Origin: an uncultured Clostridium sp.
GTDB lineage: Bacteria > Bacillota > Clostridia > TANB77 > CAG-508
NCBI GenBank assembly: GCA_930987745.1
Contig: CAKNKX010000004.1
Span: forward strand, 4,025 to 68,024
Reading direction: 5' to 3'
DNA: 64,000 nt
Below are positions 62,503 through 64,000 of this stretch, piece after piece. A program made the position numbers and the translations under genes. How positions within the stretch are numbered: position 1 is the stretch's first letter; every line of letters starts with the position of its first letter. The notes beneath the pieces are model-generated. The model worked only from the letters and a program-made list of their open reading frames with translations, was not told where the DNA came from and did no database searches.

Positions 62503-64000
62503 TAGAAAAATTAATGAAGAAATATGCTTTGACCGAGCAGGGAGCAAAAGACTTTATTAAATCCACAATAAGCTGTACGATAACAGATTTAATTTTAATG
62601 ATTCCAGTTGGCTTATTGTATTTATTAGTAAGCGATTTATTAAACGGAATAATACCAGTTTCACACTACTATATATATGGAATAGGAATTGTAGGAATTT
62701 TAGTTTTGCTTTATGTAAGTAACTATTTTCAATATAATGCTACATTTTTTAGTACATATATTGAAAGTGGAAAAAGAAGAATATCACTAGCTGAAAGATT
62801 AAGAAAGTTACCTCTTTCTTTCTTTGGAAAAAGAGATTTATCAGATTTAACAAGCGTGTTACTAACAGATTGTGAGAGAATAGAACATAATTTTTCACAT
62901 ATAATGCCTCAATTTTATGGCTCAATTATTTCGACTTGTATTATTGCAATTAGTTTATTTTTCTTCGATTGGAGAATGGCTTTAGCAGCTTTATGGGTAT
63001 TACCAATAGCACTAATAATTGTCGGAACATCTGGAAAAGTACAAAATATATTTACAAGAAAGAAAAATGAAGCAGTAATTGATTGTACGGAAGGAATACA
63101 AGAATGTATTGAAACAGTAAGAGATTTAAAAGCCAATAATAGTGAAGATAGATATTTAGAGGGATTAACAAAGAAAATAAAAAAAGTAGAAAAGAAAAAT
63201 ATATTTGCTGAATTAGGTGTAGCAATATTTGTCATTAGTTCTTCATTGTTATTAAAATTTGGAATTGGAACTGTTGCATTAGTTGGTTCATATTTATTAT
63301 TAAACAATCAAATAACCGTATTAACATTTTTTATGTTTTTATTAGCAGTTTCAAGAATATATGAGCCTATGAATAACACATTAGTTAATTTAGCAGCAAT
63401 TATTTCTTCAAAATTAAACATTGAAAGAATGAACGAATTTTATGATTATCCTTTACAAGAAGGAAGTAAAAAATTAAAGACAAATGGATATGATATAGAA
63501 TTTAAAAATGTAGAATTTGAATATAGTAAAGGTGAAACAGTATTAAAAAATGTATCATTTACAGCAAAACAAGGAGAAGTAACAGCATTAGTAGGTCCAT
63601 CAGGAGGAGGAAAAACAACTATATCAAAATTATGTGCTAGATTTTGGGATGCTACAAAAGGAAAAATTTTATTGGGTGGAGTAGATATATCCAAAATAGA
63701 TCCAGAAACTTTACTAAATAATTATTCAATAGTATTTCAAGATGTAACTTTATTTGATAATACTGTTATGGAAAATATTAGAATAGGTAAAAAAGGTGCA
63801 ACAGATGATGAAGTAATAAAAGCAGCTAAACAAGCTAAATGTGATGAATTTATTAAAAACTTACCAGAAGGATATAATACTCATATTGGAGAAAATGGTT
63901 GCAATTTATCTGGAGGAGAAAGACAAAGAATATCTATAGCAAGAGCAATTTTAAAAAATTCTCCTGTAATTTTATTAGATGAAGCAACAGCATCATTAGA
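62499..64000 (+). CDS. ABC transporter, fused permease/ATPase (YbtQ/IrtB-like); runs off the window
   Basis: ATG 62499 overlapping the previous stop; GPSGGGKTT, LSGGERQRISIARA and LLDEATA. Confidence 0.9.
   Translation, partial: MIEKLMKKYALTEQGAKDFIKSTISCTITDLILMIPVGLLYLLVSDLLNGIIPVSHYYIYGIGIVGILVLLYVSNYFQYNATFFSTYIESGKRRISLAERLRKLPLSFFGKRDLSDLTSVLLTDCERIEHNFSHIMPQFYGSIISTCIIAISLFFFDWRMALAALWVLPIALIIVGTSGKVQNIFTRKKNEAVIDCTEGIQECIETVRDLKANNSEDRYLEGLTKKIKKVEKKNIFAELGVAIFVISSSLLLKFGIGTVALVGSYLLLNNQITVLTFFMFLLAVSRIYEPMNNTLVNLAAIISSKLNIERMNEFYDYPLQEGSKKLKTNGYDIEFKNVEFEYSKGETVLKNVSFTAKQGEVTALVGPSGGGKTTISKLCARFWDATKGKILLGGVDISKIDPETLLNNYSIVFQDVTLFDNTVMENIRIGKKGATDDEVIKAAKQAKCDEFIKNLPEGYNTHIGENGCNLSGGERQRISIARAILKNSPVILLDEATASL

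Noticed and set aside
1-64000. CRISPR array, rRNA or tRNA genes (including a candidate frameshift-suppressor tRNA)
   Set aside because: No regularly spaced repeats or recognisable tRNA/rRNA sequence seen; any decoding factor must lie outside this window.

Overview
Very AT-rich chromosomal window from a spore-forming Clostridia-type bacterium. Bases 1-43.8 kb hold host genes: GntR/ABC operon, peroxiredoxin, fba, DUF2207, smpB, dgkA, uvrB, a trimeric [FeFe]-hydrogenase (hydC/B/A-type), upp, murD, ytvI, the pyr cluster and secA, plus an IS1634-family element and two small decayed islets. From 43.8 kb to the end is an integrase-bearing accessory region beginning just after secA, with two IS110 elements, XRE regulators, BceAB-like and other ABC transporters. 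Main observation: 11 host genes, on both strands, are split into apparent fragments. By my manual reading, all 21 breakpoints fall on an in-frame CGG codon. Skipping the C, i.e. reading CGGN as one glycine, restores each protein, including invariant glycines in Walker A, Fe-S and SmpB motifs. This suggests a routine +1 or quadruplet recoding of CGG-N as Gly. A systematic sequencing artefact is not excluded, but strand, frame and region biases and a diverged duplicate allele carrying the same extra C argue against it. Secondary observations: two IS110 elements whose putative bridge-RNA guides match Shine-Dalgarno targets, a probable type I toxin-antitoxin locus, REP-like palindromes supplying gene ends, and a repeated small-RNA-like motif.
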